Positions 1 through 10,152 of a DNA stretch of 64,000 bases are shown in pieces. Source of the DNA: Coraliomargarita sp. (GTDB taxonomy: Bacteria > Verrucomicrobiota > Verrucomicrobiia > Opitutales > Coraliomargaritaceae); the NCBI GenBank assembly GCA_965216325.1, contig OZ244160.1, positions 1,472,001 to 1,536,000 of the forward strand, read 5' to 3'. The position numbers were made by a program, and so were the translations under genes. Position 1 is the first letter of the stretch; each line of letters begins with the position of its first letter. The notes below the pieces were generated by a model. It searched no databases, was not told where the DNA came from, and worked only from the letters and a program-made list of their open reading frames with translations.

Positions 1-881
1 TGCATCTGCACCTCCATGCGACGCTCGGACATACCCTCACCCGTTTCCGCTTCCTCAACGAGGGCTTTATCGCGCGCCTCCATCAACTGGGCGAAGGTCA
101 TATACTTCACTCGGAGTCGCTTGGACTCCTTCTCACCAAAGATCTTACTCAAAGACAGTTTAAACTCGGTATTTCCGAAGGTAATCGGGCGAACGTCCTC
201 GTTCGACATCGCATCCAGATTCTCTTCGTCGCGCAGCTCGGCGCTCGCATTGAACACTTTGAGAACCAAGTCATTGGTCGACTCATCAAAGTCGATACGT
301 CCCTCCTCCGCGCGGACGAAACGCTTCACGCGCTGCCTGTCGTCCAACTCCCATACCCAGAAGTCCTTCATCACATCGCCTTCCCGATCGCCCATGTAGA
401 TCACCATATTGGGGAACTCGTTAATGAAGCGCTTCTCTTCGATGAAACTCAGCGGGTTGTCCGTGATCGCATTCGAAAGCAACTGCTTGTAGGCCACCTT
501 CGACTTCGGTGCATAGTGCAGATTGACCACAATCCCCACAAACATGCCAATGAAGGAAATAAAGAACACAGGTGCTGCAATCTGGTAAAGGCTTAGCCCC
601 GCCGACTTCATCGCCGTGATCTCACGCTGTGAAGACAAGCGCCCCAGAGCAATCAAGGTGCCCGTCAGCATCCCTAGCGGCAGCGCATAGGCCGCCACAT
701 AGGGAATCAATAAACCGAGCAGCTTGAGAAAAATGGTCGCATCCAGCTTACCCGAGGCCACCAAGCCCGCGACATCACGCAAGGCATTTCCGGTCAAGAG
801 CACGAAGATGAACAGTCCCATCGCCATGCTGGTCGCGATGACGATTTCTTTGAGGACATGACGGTGCAGGAGATTGAGCAT
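1..881 (-). CDS. LptF/LptG (YjgP/YjgQ) family LPS export permease, partial (runs off left edge)
   Basis: Not in ORF track. Read manually from ATG at 881: MLNLLHRHVLKEIVIATSMAMGLFIFVLL...LPLGMLTGTLIALGRLSSQREITAMKSAGLSL, the typical LptF/G signature. Confidence 0.85.
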   Translation of the reverse strand, partial: MLNLLHRHVLKEIVIATSMAMGLFIFVLLTGNALRDVAGLVASGKLDATIFLKLLGLLIPYVAAYALPLGMLTGTLIALGRLSSQREITAMKSAGLSLYQIAAPVFFISFIGMFVGIVVNLHYAPKSKVAYKQLLSNAITDNPLSFIEEKRFINEFPNMVIYMGDREGDVMKDFWVWELDDRQRVKRFVRAEEGRIDFDESTNDLVLKVFNASAELRDEENLDAMSNEDVRPITFGNTEFKLSLSKIFGEKESKRLRVKYMTFAQLMEARDKALVEEAETGEGMSERRMEVQM

Positions 882-979
882 ACGATCTTCAGGATGTGAA
901 TCCCACAGTTAGAAGTCAGAATCGGCCCACGACAAGCCACATTAACTCCATTTCCCGCTGATCCGGTTCGCATTCGCGC

Positions 980-1011
<32 letters not shown>

Positions 1012-1056
1012 CTCTGAAATAGGCAAAATCGCTCTGCTGTCGCCATTTCTGCTTCC

Positions 1057-1086
1057 CTCTCCACTCTCCACTCTCCACTCTCCACT
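1057..1086. repeat. Heptamer tandem repeat (CTCTCCA)4 immediately upstream of pyrE
   Basis: ctctccactctccactctccactctccact read directly. Confidence 0.9.
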
Positions 1087-1091
1087 TCATT

Positions 1092-1661
1092 ATGAGTTCT
1101 CAACAAGACGAAATCCTCCAGATTTTCCGCGACAGTGGCGCTTTGCTTGAAGGCCACTTCCTGCTTCGTTCCGGCCTGCACAGCGCCCATTTCTTCCAAT
1201 GCGCTCAAGTCTGCCAGTATATGGATAAGGTCACGAGACTGGCAGAAATCATGGTCGAGAAGCTAAAAGACTACGGTGCCACCACAGTCGTCGGCCCAGC
1301 CATGGGCGGCTTGGTCATCGGTCAAGAAGTTGCGCGCCAACTCGGCACACGCTTCGTCTTCCTTGAAAAAGTCGACGACAAGCTCGCACTGCGCCGCAAT
1401 TTCAAGTTCAAGTCAGGCGAAAAGGTCCTGATCGTCGAAGACGTCATCACTCGCGGTGGTCGTGTCGTTGAAGCCCTTGAGCAATGCCGTGCTCACGGCG
1501 CAGACCCAGTCGCAGTCGGCGTCATCGTCGACCGCAGCAAGGGAGCGACCACCTTCGACGTGCCGCATCACAGCCTTGCTGAGCTCAGCTTCCCAACCTA
1601 CGAAGCCGACAATCTACCACCGGAACTCCAAGGCAGCGAAGCCATCAAACCCGGCAGCTAA
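1092..1661 (+). CDS. pyrE: Orotate phosphoribosyltransferase
   Basis: GHFLLRSGLHS and PRPP-binding motif VLIVEDVITRGG. Confidence 0.92.
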   Translation: MSSQQDEILQIFRDSGALLEGHFLLRSGLHSAHFFQCAQVCQYMDKVTRLAEIMVEKLKDYGATTVVGPAMGGLVIGQEVARQLGTRFVFLEKVDDKLALRRNFKFKSGEKVLIVEDVITRGGRVVEALEQCRAHGADPVAVGVIVDRSKGATTFDVPHHSLAELSFPTYEADNLPPELQGSEAIKPGS

Positions 1662-1663
1662 GC

Positions 1664-1972
1664 ATGTTTAAATTCGACACCACGCTCAACCGTCTGCGCA
1701 CAGTCGGGACTTGGGAGGCCATCTCCTACCTGCTCCTGCTCGGCATCGCGATGCCACTCAAATATGGCTTCGATATGCCTCAGGCAGTGCGAGTGGTCGG
1801 CATGGCGCACGGCATCCTATGGATGGCCTACGTCGGACTCGCAATCCTCGGGCAGGTCGATTACAAATGGCCCCTGAAAACAACTGCATGGCTCTTCATC
1901 GCGAGCCTACTCCCCTTCGGGCCATTCGTCGCAGATGCAAAACTTCTGAGCAAAGTTGATGTAGTTCAATAA
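1664..1972 (+). CDS. DUF3817-type small integral membrane protein
   Basis: EAISYLLLLGIAMPLKY...GMAHGIL...SLLPFGPF pattern; three hydrophobic segments. Confidence 0.8.
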   Translation: MFKFDTTLNRLRTVGTWEAISYLLLLGIAMPLKYGFDMPQAVRVVGMAHGILWMAYVGLAILGQVDYKWPLKTTAWLFIASLLPFGPFVADAKLLSKVDVVQ

Positions 1973-2042
1973 TTACTTATCTACGCAGAGAATACCGGCA
2001 CTTTTTAGTATACAGCCACTCACACCCGCCAGAACCACGACC

Positions 2043-2231
2043 ATGAAGAATCGATTCACTTTGTTCGCCGCTTTCCTCCCACTGATCGCACAAGCTCACA
2101 ACACCTCTACCTCCGGCACCGCAAGTCATGCAGCCCAGCACGGTGCCCTGACATTCGGCTATGTGGCAACGACAGCCCTCGCAGCATTTGCCCTGGTTCA
2201 GTGGATTCGCCGAGCGCGTAACAGTAAGTAG
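2043..2231 (+). CDS. Small exported, membrane-anchored His-containing protein
   Basis: 62 aa with signal peptide ending AQA-H, three His, C-terminal TM helix and basic tail RRARNSK; fills the gap in a + strand run. Confidence 0.55.
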   Translation: MKNRFTLFAAFLPLIAQAHNTSTSGTASHAAQHGALTFGYVATTALAAFALVQWIRRARNSK

Positions 2232-2240
2232 ACGACTTTA

Positions 2241-3209
2241 ATGACCCCGCTGGTTACATTTTGCGCAGCAGGCGCTGCTGTGCTGTATGCTATCGGCTCT
2301 CTGGACATCAAAAAGGCGCTCGCCTCCGGCACAGATCGCAGAGCCGCCATTGCATGGACAAATATCGCAATGGCCATCTGGTCCTTGCCTCTGTTCTTCC
2401 TCTCCAAGGACACATTTACACTGTATGGCCTTACCCTGGCCTTAACAGCGGGTCTCGCCCTCTTCTTCGGGCGCATTTTCGTCGTGAAAGCACTCGATGT
2501 TGGAGCACTTTCGATCGTCGGCCCGCTTCTCGGGTTAAAAACGCTCTTTGTTGCGATCTTCGCGGTCCTACTGGGGCAAGTCGCGCTCAGTGCCGGCGTC
2601 TGGATCGCGGTCATTTTAGCCTGTGTCGGCATGGCTCTAGTGCAACGGGGCCCACAGTCCAGAAGCCAGGACTATAAGCGCGCGATCGTCTACGCGCTCG
2701 TTGCCAGCCTCTTATTTGCCTCAACCGACATCCTCGTCGTAGAAGCTCGCAATTCATTGAGTGTCGGCTGGCTGCTGCCGACTTTATTCTTAACCGTTGG
2801 CCTGCTTGTGCCGCTACTCGGCGCGTCCCCCAAACCACCCGAAGAAGGCAAACTCAATCTGCAACGCGGGGCCGTCACAATGGGCTTCCAAACGTCCCTA
2901 GTCGTACTGCTCATCTGCCTCACCGGTCAAGCGGTCTTAGTCAATATCATCTACGCCTCACGCGGCTTGTGGAGTGTCGTTATCGACCGCTTGCTGAACC
3001 GCACGGGCACCATACACGAATACTTTGTCCAACGCGCGGCCGGCGCCATACTTCTGGTCGCCTCGGTGGGAATCGCAATTGTGACCATTAACACGCCACT
3101 AGCAGAGACCGAACACCTCAATACCGCCGGGCTCAATGAATCGGACGAGCAAATCGACGAGTCCGCCTACGAGGATATCCCCGGCGTGATCTGGATCGAC
3201 GGCTATTAG
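2241..3209 (+). CDS. DMT/EamA-family membrane transporter with acidic C-terminal tail
   Basis: About 10 TM segments in two repeats; ALSIVGPLLGLK motif. Confidence 0.7.
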   Translation: MTPLVTFCAAGAAVLYAIGSLDIKKALASGTDRRAAIAWTNIAMAIWSLPLFFLSKDTFTLYGLTLALTAGLALFFGRIFVVKALDVGALSIVGPLLGLKTLFVAIFAVLLGQVALSAGVWIAVILACVGMALVQRGPQSRSQDYKRAIVYALVASLLFASTDILVVEARNSLSVGWLLPTLFLTVGLLVPLLGASPKPPEEGKLNLQRGAVTMGFQTSLVVLLICLTGQAVLVNIIYASRGLWSVVIDRLLNRTGTIHEYFVQRAAGAILLVASVGIAIVTINTPLAETEHLNTAGLNESDEQIDESAYEDIPGVIWIDGY

Positions 3210-3308
3210 TCGATCCACCCGCTAGAAACTGCTTCGCAGTTCCTCCACCCTTTGCGACTGTAGCGGAAATGCGAAGGCACTTTCGATCAAACGCAATGCC
3301 GATCCGAG

Positions 3309-4106
3309 CTACATGCCCAGCACACGGTTCAGCTTACCAGAGACAAAGCCCTCCTGGTCAAATTCAACGACATCGAAGCCGAGTGCTTTCAGCCCCGGCT
3401 CAATCGTTGCCTGCAGCGATTCCAGCTTGGCCACATCTTCGACGGGTACTTCGACACGCGCACGCTCACCATAGTGCCGCACGCGACTCACCGCAAAACC
3501 GTGCTCCTTAAGCAGCGCTTCGCCCGCTTCAATCTGGCGCAGCTTCTCAACCGTAATGCGCTCCCCGTAGGGCACACGCGATGACAGACAGGGGCTGGCA
3601 GGCTTATCCCAACAGACCAATTCAAAGCATCCCGCTAGCTCGCGCACTCCAGCCTTATCAATGCCACAATCCGATAAGGGCGAGCGCACTTCAAACTCAC
3701 TGGCCGCCTTTAAGCCTGGACGATAGTCCCCGAGATCATCCGAGTTCGTGCCATTCAAAATCCACCACCCCGGATACCTTGCCTGCACGTCCTTGAGCTC
3801 GTCGTAGAGGGTATGCTTGCAGAAATAGCAACGGTTCGACGGGTTATTGAAATAATCCGGATTCTCCATCTCCTGCGTCACCACCAACTCCAGAGGAATC
3901 TCATTCTGGCATGCAAAGGTCTTGGCTTCTTCCAGATCAGAGAGCTTCAAACTCGGGCTCCCTGAAATCACTGCCAGACTACGCTCAGTCCCAAGAAAAT
4001 GCTTCGCTAAAAAAGCAACCAGCGAACTGTCCACCCCTCCAGAAAACGCCACTAGGGCACCGGGGCAATCGGCAAACCAGTTTTCCAAATCCTTAAGGGC
4101 ATCCAT
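3309..4106 (-). CDS. larE: ATP-dependent sulfur transferase LarE (NPN cofactor biosynthesis)
   Basis: PP-loop AFSGGVDS, RCYFCK, DYRPG, WDKPASPCLSSR. ATG at 4106 preferred over TTG at 4142. Confidence 0.9.
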   Translation of the reverse strand: MDALKDLENWFADCPGALVAFSGGVDSSLVAFLAKHFLGTERSLAVISGSPSLKLSDLEEAKTFACQNEIPLELVVTQEMENPDYFNNPSNRCYFCKHTLYDELKDVQARYPGWWILNGTNSDDLGDYRPGLKAASEFEVRSPLSDCGIDKAGVRELAGCFELVCWDKPASPCLSSRVPYGERITVEKLRQIEAGEALLKEHGFAVSRVRHYGERARVEVPVEDVAKLESLQATIEPGLKALGFDVVEFDQEGFVSGKLNRVLGM

Positions 4107-4181
4107 TTCCACGCATGGTGACGCGGAAACCTTCGCTGTCAACTTGCCTCACGCCATAGAGCCGTTATCACAATTCAGATC

Positions 4182-5417
4182 ATGGCTACTTTACTCTACC
4201 AATGCCCTGCCGGACTCAGCGGCGACATGAATCTGGGCGCACTGGTCGCCCTAGGCGCCTGCCCCGATAAACTGGAAGCCGAACTGCGCAAATTACCCTA
4301 TGCGGGCTGGTCGCTTAAATTCGAGGAGGATATTCGCTCCGGCATCAGTGGCCTGCGCTGCGACGTCGTGCTCGAGCACACACACGATCATGATCACGGG
4401 CACCATCATCATGGGCACTCACATAGCCATGAGCATTCGCACGAGCACCACCACCGCACCTTCAAAGAAATACGCGAAGCGATTGAAGCCAGCGAACTCT
4501 CTGAGCGGGTAAAAGCCGACTCGATTGCATGCTTCCGCGTCCTAGCCGAAGCCGAAGGCTCCGTCCACGGCATCGATCCTGAAAGCGTGCACTTTCATGA
4601 AGTCGGTGCCATCGACTCAATTATCGATATGGTGGGCGCTGCCATCTGCTGGGAGCTGCTAGATGTGGATCGTATCGTCTGCAGCACACTTGAGGTCGGC
4701 GGCGGCACCGTGAAGTGTGCGCATGGCATCATGCCGGTGCCTGCGCCTGCCACAGCTCAACTGCTCACCAACGTGCCCTACAGCTCAGGCGGCAGCAACA
4801 AGGAGACCACCACTCCCACCGGTGCCGCGCTACTCGTCGGCAAAGGCTGTGAATTCGGCGCAAAAGTTGAGGGCCTCCAAATCAAAAGTGCACGCGGCAT
4901 CGGCCAACGCCATGACCCCAAGCTCGCCAATGCAGTCTATGTTTCGCTGATCGAAGAACAGCGCAGCACAAGCCTCGAGCAGGACAGCGTAACCGAGCTC
5001 GCAGTCAACCTCGACGACATGAGCGGCGAGGCGATCGGTTACCTGATCAATAAACTGGAGGCCAGCCCCGCACTCGAAGTCTGGCAAACCACCGCACAAT
5101 TCAAGAAGCAGCGCCCAGCCACCATCATCCATGCACTGGTGCAAGCCGAACACGCGGACCAAGTCGAAGCACTGCTGTTCACGCATAGCAGCACCCTCGG
5201 CGTGCGCCGCACGACCTGGCAACGCAACAAGCTCTCACGCGAATCCATCGAGTTCGAGAGCAGCCTCGGACCAGTCCGTATCAAGCGTGCCACACTCCCC
5301 GATGGCTCCACCCGCAGTAAAGTGGAATACGACGACCTCGCCCGCATCGCCGATGCCAGAGGCCAGTCCATTGACGCTGTCCAACAACAGATCCTAAAAG
5401 AGTTCTCAAAGTTCTAA
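4182..5417 (+). CDS. larC: Nickel insertase LarC
   Basis: GLSGDMNLGAL, His-rich tract, VHFHEVGAIDSIID, MPVPAPAT, TTPTGAA, NLDD, STLGVR. Confidence 0.92.
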   Translation: MATLLYQCPAGLSGDMNLGALVALGACPDKLEAELRKLPYAGWSLKFEEDIRSGISGLRCDVVLEHTHDHDHGHHHHGHSHSHEHSHEHHHRTFKEIREAIEASELSERVKADSIACFRVLAEAEGSVHGIDPESVHFHEVGAIDSIIDMVGAAICWELLDVDRIVCSTLEVGGGTVKCAHGIMPVPAPATAQLLTNVPYSSGGSNKETTTPTGAALLVGKGCEFGAKVEGLQIKSARGIGQRHDPKLANAVYVSLIEEQRSTSLEQDSVTELAVNLDDMSGEAIGYLINKLEASPALEVWQTTAQFKKQRPATIIHALVQAEHADQVEALLFTHSSTLGVRRTTWQRNKLSRESIEFESSLGPVRIKRATLPDGSTRSKVEYDDLARIADARGQSIDAVQQQILKEFSKF

Positions 5418-5539
5418 ACAAGCGCGGACATAGTTGGTAGGATTCGTTATCCTTAACGAACCGCCTCCTTGCAAAAACCAACCACCTTACATAAACAGCG
5501 CGATGCGGAAATCGCGCCCGACCTCACTTCTCTTTCAAA

Positions 5540-6274
5540 ATGAGCCATACCCGCGAACTTCTCGAAGCCGTCCAACGAGGCGAACTCCCCATCGACGATG
5601 CGCTCAGTCAGCTACAAGGCTTTGAAGACCTTGGGCACAGCCGCGTCGACCTCACCCGCGAAGAACGCAACGGTGCGCCCGAAGTCATTTACGGCGAAGG
5701 CAAAACTGCCGAACAAATCATTGAGATCATAGCGAGCCTCATCAAGAATGGCAGCCGAGTGCTTGCCACCCGCGTCGCCCCCAGCGCCGCCGAAGCAATT
5801 TCCCAAGCGTATCCAGAATCCAACTACGATTCACTTTCGCGCGTCTTAACCATCGGCGAGAAACCGGAGCACAAAACGGAGCACAAGATCGCTATCGTGT
5901 GCGCAGGCACATCGGATCTAGCCATCGCCGAAGAAGCCCGACTGACAGCAGAGTTTTACGGCAACCCAGTGCTCAAAGTCACCGACGCCGGCGTTGCAGG
6001 ACTGCACCGCTTACTCGCCAGCATCGACGCCATTCGCGAATGCCGTGTCGTCATAGTCGTCGCAGGCATGGAGGGCGCCCTACCCAGCGTGGTAGGCGGC
6101 CAAGTCAAAGCACCGGTCATCGCCGTACCCACCAGCGTCGGCTACGGAGCAAATTTCAAAGGTCTCTCCGCACTGCTCTGTATGCTCAACAGCTGCGCCA
6201 GCGGCATCAGCGTCGTCAACATCGACAATGGTTTCGGCGCTGGCTTCCTCGCCAACCGCATCAACCAACTATAG
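5540..6274 (+). CDS. larB: NPN cofactor carboxylase/hydrolase LarB (PurE-like)
   Basis: PEVIYGEGKT, AGTSD, DAGVAGLHRL, AGMEGALPS, PTSVGYG, VVNIDNGFGA. Confidence 0.92.
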   Translation: MSHTRELLEAVQRGELPIDDALSQLQGFEDLGHSRVDLTREERNGAPEVIYGEGKTAEQIIEIIASLIKNGSRVLATRVAPSAAEAISQAYPESNYDSLSRVLTIGEKPEHKTEHKIAIVCAGTSDLAIAEEARLTAEFYGNPVLKVTDAGVAGLHRLLASIDAIRECRVVIVVAGMEGALPSVVGGQVKAPVIAVPTSVGYGANFKGLSALLCMLNSCASGISVVNIDNGFGAGFLANRINQL

Positions 6275-6348
6275 GCCTAATCTAATAGCAAATAGACCAG
6301 AACTCTAAGGCCGCGATTCAACAGGAACAGTCATCCGTTCGCACATCC

Positions 6349-7062
6349 TCAAGCACACAATTGCGCTTGCTTCAATGCACATGCAAAGTCCTGCCGTCGA
6401 AGTCTAGTCACCCGACGCAAACGGGCCACATCCTTCAGTAATTGAAGATGCGGATTCTTGTAATCCTTTTGAATCCAAGCATCGATGACCCAACAAAGCT
6501 CAGAATAAGCCGCGACGATAATCGTCGCCAGCAGATCGAGATATTCACGGCCTATAATTTGAAGAATCTCTTTCGCCAAACGATGAATCTCGCGATAAGC
6601 AGGCTCCAAAACACCCGATTTGCGTTCGAGATCCTCAAAATCGATGATGTAATATTGCTCGTCATACACTAACACATTCTCGGTATGTAAATCAGGATGG
6701 ATCAAGCGACGATCAGACTGTCCCAGAGCCACAGAATGACGATGCGCGAGCCCCTCAAAAAGCTGCTGAAGACAGGATTCAAGCGCATCACGATCGCCTT
6801 TCGTATTTCTCAAATGCACGGCGAGTGTGACCTCTCCGAGGTCTTCAAAGGCAAGCCAATCGCGATCAACAGGTGCAGCATCAATCGCAAGAATACGTGG
6901 CACCTTAAAACCATGCTCTAACCATTTCTCAGTGCACTCACGGGCATAGGGAATCTGACTCGAAGCATTCTCTCCCCGAAAATGCTTCACAAAAACTCCA
7001 GACGCATGGCAGCGGTAGAAATCGTTACCATTATTACCTCTGGAACTTAGCTTCTCAAACAT
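6349..7062 (-). CDS. Protein-kinase-like phosphotransferase (Kdo/WaaP/APH-like)
   Basis: VFVK, IHPDLHTENVL (HxDxxxxN) and IIDFE motifs. Confidence 0.65.
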   Translation of the reverse strand: MFEKLSSRGNNGNDFYRCHASGVFVKHFRGENASSQIPYARECTEKWLEHGFKVPRILAIDAAPVDRDWLAFEDLGEVTLAVHLRNTKGDRDALESCLQQLFEGLAHRHSVALGQSDRRLIHPDLHTENVLVYDEQYYIIDFEDLERKSGVLEPAYREIHRLAKEILQIIGREYLDLLATIIVAAYSELCWVIDAWIQKDYKNPHLQLLKDVARLRRVTRLRRQDFACALKQAQLCA

Positions 7063-7071
7063 AGACCCAAT

Positions 7072-10020
7072 CTAAGCAATGGCCTCGACAATCTTTGCAT
7101 AGATCTCTTCGACCGACATCTGAGCCAGCGCACTGGTTGACACGCGCGGCAGATTGATCTTCGGCAATTCGTCGAGCGACTCAGAGAGGCAGACATCACG
7201 ATTGGCTTCCGCCTCTTCGACACGGTCAATTGGCGTGAAGTGTGGTGCGCTCAGTAGTGACTCCGGATGCTCTTTCACCAATTGGATGATTGCTTTCACC
7301 GCTTCAGCGAATCGGTCAAGTTCTGCCTGTGTGTAACTCTCGGTCGGTTCAATCATCAGACCCAACGGCTCCGGCCAAGCAACCGTTGGTGCGTGGAAAC
7401 CAAAATCGAGGAAGAGCTTACCGATACGTGGTGCCGCATCCGTCTTGCGCAATCCGACCGATTCCAAGCAAGCATAGTCCTCTTGCTTCAGTGTCAGAAT
7501 GAACTCGTGCATGCGTGGCTCGGCATCCGCACCGGTGGGCAGCATGGCGTAGTCGTCCGAAAGTTGCTGTTGCAGGTAGCGCGCGGAGAGCACCGCCATT
7601 GCCGACATGCGACGCACGCCCTCGCGACCAAGGCGCAGTAAATACGTGTAGCAGCGCACCTTGTGCGCGAAGTTCCCCCAGTGGCGGTGGAAGGAACCAA
7701 TCGACTTCTCGGCCTTAACCGGACGATAGAACTCACCATCCTTTTCGACTTGGAAGCCTGGGAGATAGGGAACGAGGCGCTCACTCACCGCCACAATCGC
7801 ATCGCCCGGGCCACCGCCACCGTGTGGGATGGTCCATGTCTTGTGCAGATTGTTGTGAACCGCATCGACACCGAGCGCACCCAGATCAATCCAACCTGCG
7901 ATCGCGTTCATGTTAGCGCCGTCCATGTAAACCAAGCCACCAATGTTGTGAATCTTCTCAGCAATCTGCTTGAAGGACGTTTCAAAGATACCGGAGGTGT
8001 TCGGGTTGGTAATCATCACACCCGCGATGCGATCGCCATATTCGTCGATGCGGCGGTCGAGATCTTCATTCAGCACACGGCCTTCCGTGTCCGCTTCCAG
8101 ATAGACGATCTTCCCCATCTTACCGGCAAAGCCGGCCATCGTTGCCGTAGCAAAGTTCGTTCCGTGTGCGGAACGGGGGATCAAAATGATGTCGCGGCGG
8201 CCACCATGGTCGCGGTGGTAAGCTTGGAACAGCTTCAGTCCAACCAACTCACCCTGAGCACCTGCCAGCGGCTGTGTGGTCACACCAGCCAGGCCAGTGA
8301 TCCCCTTGAACCACTCTTGAATCTCGTGGAGCAAGTAGAGGCAACCCTGAGCATCTTCAACCGGTGCCTGTGGATGCACATCGGTGAAGCCCGGCAAACC
8401 TGCGGCCCAGTCATTCACCATTGGGTTGTATTTCATGGTGCAGGAGCCGAGCGGGTAGCAACCATCGTCCGGACTGACATTGAGACTGCCAAGCTCCTTG
8501 TAATACTTAATAACTTCGTCGGCCGCATAACTCGGAAGTCCTGGCGCTGCAGTACGCAGGCTAGCTGCAACCGGAGGGGCAACCGATGCCACGCACTCCG
8601 TGCACGGTGCGCCGTAAAGGGACTCGAAGACGCCAGCAAGTGCATCGATATCCTGCGCACGGTTGGAGAAAGACAGCTTCAGCAATTGGCGACCGCCCGC
8701 AATGCGCTCCGAGACGTCAGCTCCGGCAAGGATGCCGGCTGCATGCGCCTTTGCCAGAAGCTCACTTGCCCCACCTGGAAGTGAAAGTGTTAGCTCGTGG
8801 AAACTGGTGCTGTTCGGGAAAGCCAGATCCACCCCTTCAAAAGCCGTCAGCTTCGCTACGGCTTCAGCGAGGCGCTCACGTAGGCCGGTAAGGATTTTTC
8901 CAAGTCCGGAATCACCGCGTTCGAGCAAGGCAGCGCCAACGATCGTTGCGATAAAAGCCTGATTGGAGCAGATATTCGAAGTCGCTTTGTCCTTACGGAT
9001 GTGTTGCTCACGAGTCGACAATACACCGACGCGGCACTCACGTCCGGAGCAGTCTTTCGCCTTACCGATAAAACGTCCCGGTGCGGCACGCACCCCACTG
9101 CGATCTTTTTGTGAGAAGCGCACGCCAAAGAGCCCAAGGCCCGGACCGCCGAAGTTGGGAGCCAGCGCGAGATGATGGGCTTCGCCAACAATGATATCAA
9201 CACCCTGCTCGCCAAATGCAGACGGCTGCTTGAGTCCACCAGCGGCAAGTAAGAGCGGGTCAATCACCGCCACACTCTTCACCTTAATCTCGGCCGCATA
9301 GTCAGTTAGCTCATCGACTGGCTCGATCAGACCAAAGGTATTCACCTGTGGGAACACGACCACGGCCAAGCGATCCTTTGCGCCTTCTGCAGCAGTTTTC
9401 AACGCGTCGAAATCGATCAAACCAGTCTCGGCATCAGCAGGAACGCGGATCAACTCCACCTCGGTATCGACCACCATGGTCTCCAACACTTCGAGATCCC
9501 CCGGATAGAGCGTATCCGGAATAATCGCCGCACTCTTACCGCGGCTCATGCGGATAGCCGCACAGATTCCCTCAAAGATCGAAGTCGAGCGGTCGTAAAG
9601 CGATGCGTTCACCGCCTCGAAACCAGTGAGGCGCGCCATCGAGCATTGGTAAATCCAGTGCGCAAGGAGCGTGCCCTGACTGAGTTCCGGCTGATACGGC
9701 GTGTACGCAGTCGTGAGATTACGAATATCGCAGACCGGCCCAACAACAGGCGATGGCTCCAGATCGAGCACTCCGTCACCGAGGAAGCTATTGCCGACGC
9801 GATTCTTCTTCGAGATGGCCTCCAACTCAGCCTTCAGGTCATCATAAGACAACTCTTCAGGCAGCGAGCCCGCATCCGCAAAGCGTACATCCGCAGGAAT
9901 GTGGTCAAAGAGGCTATCAAAAGACGGCTTGCCGATGGCCTGCAACATCGCATCGATGTCGGCATCAGACGCCGGAATGTAATGGCGGGCGCGTTCGCGA
10001 GGATTGGTAGAAGTGCTCAT
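7072..10020 (-). CDS. gcvP: Glycine dehydrogenase (decarboxylating), GcvPA-GcvPB-type fusion
   Basis: TAYTPYQPELSQG, TREQHIRKDKATSNICSNQ, YPLGSCTMKYNP, PLP lysine motif NLHKT, PHGGGGPG, MIEPTES. Confidence 0.92.
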   Translation of the reverse strand: MSTSTNPRERARHYIPASDADIDAMLQAIGKPSFDSLFDHIPADVRFADAGSLPEELSYDDLKAELEAISKKNRVGNSFLGDGVLDLEPSPVVGPVCDIRNLTTAYTPYQPELSQGTLLAHWIYQCSMARLTGFEAVNASLYDRSTSIFEGICAAIRMSRGKSAAIIPDTLYPGDLEVLETMVVDTEVELIRVPADAETGLIDFDALKTAAEGAKDRLAVVVFPQVNTFGLIEPVDELTDYAAEIKVKSVAVIDPLLLAAGGLKQPSAFGEQGVDIIVGEAHHLALAPNFGGPGLGLFGVRFSQKDRSGVRAAPGRFIGKAKDCSGRECRVGVLSTREQHIRKDKATSNICSNQAFIATIVGAALLERGDSGLGKILTGLRERLAEAVAKLTAFEGVDLAFPNSTSFHELTLSLPGGASELLAKAHAAGILAGADVSERIAGGRQLLKLSFSNRAQDIDALAGVFESLYGAPCTECVASVAPPVAASLRTAAPGLPSYAADEVIKYYKELGSLNVSPDDGCYPLGSCTMKYNPMVNDWAAGLPGFTDVHPQAPVEDAQGCLYLLHEIQEWFKGITGLAGVTTQPLAGAQGELVGLKLFQAYHRDHGGRRDIILIPRSAHGTNFATATMAGFAGKMGKIVYLEADTEGRVLNEDLDRRIDEYGDRIAGVMITNPNTSGIFETSFKQIAEKIHNIGGLVYMDGANMNAIAGWIDLGALGVDAVHNNLHKTWTIPHGGGGPGDAIVAVSERLVPYLPGFQVEKDGEFYRPVKAEKSIGSFHRHWGNFAHKVRCYTYLLRLGREGVRRMSAMAVLSARYLQQQLSDDYAMLPTGADAEPRMHEFILTLKQEDYACLESVGLRKTDAAPRIGKLFLDFGFHAPTVAWPEPLGLMIEPTESYTQAELDRFAEAVKAIIQLVKEHPESLLSAPHFTPIDRVEEAEANRDVCLSESLDELPKINLPRVSTSALAQMSVEEIYAKIVEAIA

Positions 10021-10152
10021 CGGTTCGAAATAATAGAGAGAATCGGCTTACGGACTTGTGCCTTAAAAAATTTTGCAAATTGTCACACAAACTGAGTTCA
10101 ACCGCTTCGCAAGTTTCATATCCTTCTATCACAGAATTTCATCACACCCAAA

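Noticed and set aside
7663..8784. 373-aa ORF antisense to gcvP (and similar shadows such as 24512-25273 and 57765-58358)
   Set aside because: Overlap well-supported genes on the opposite strand and show no protein family features.
10021..10152. Glycine riboswitch between gcvP and gcvT
   Set aside because: Only 132 bp shared by two divergent genes, with no recognisable aptamer motifs.
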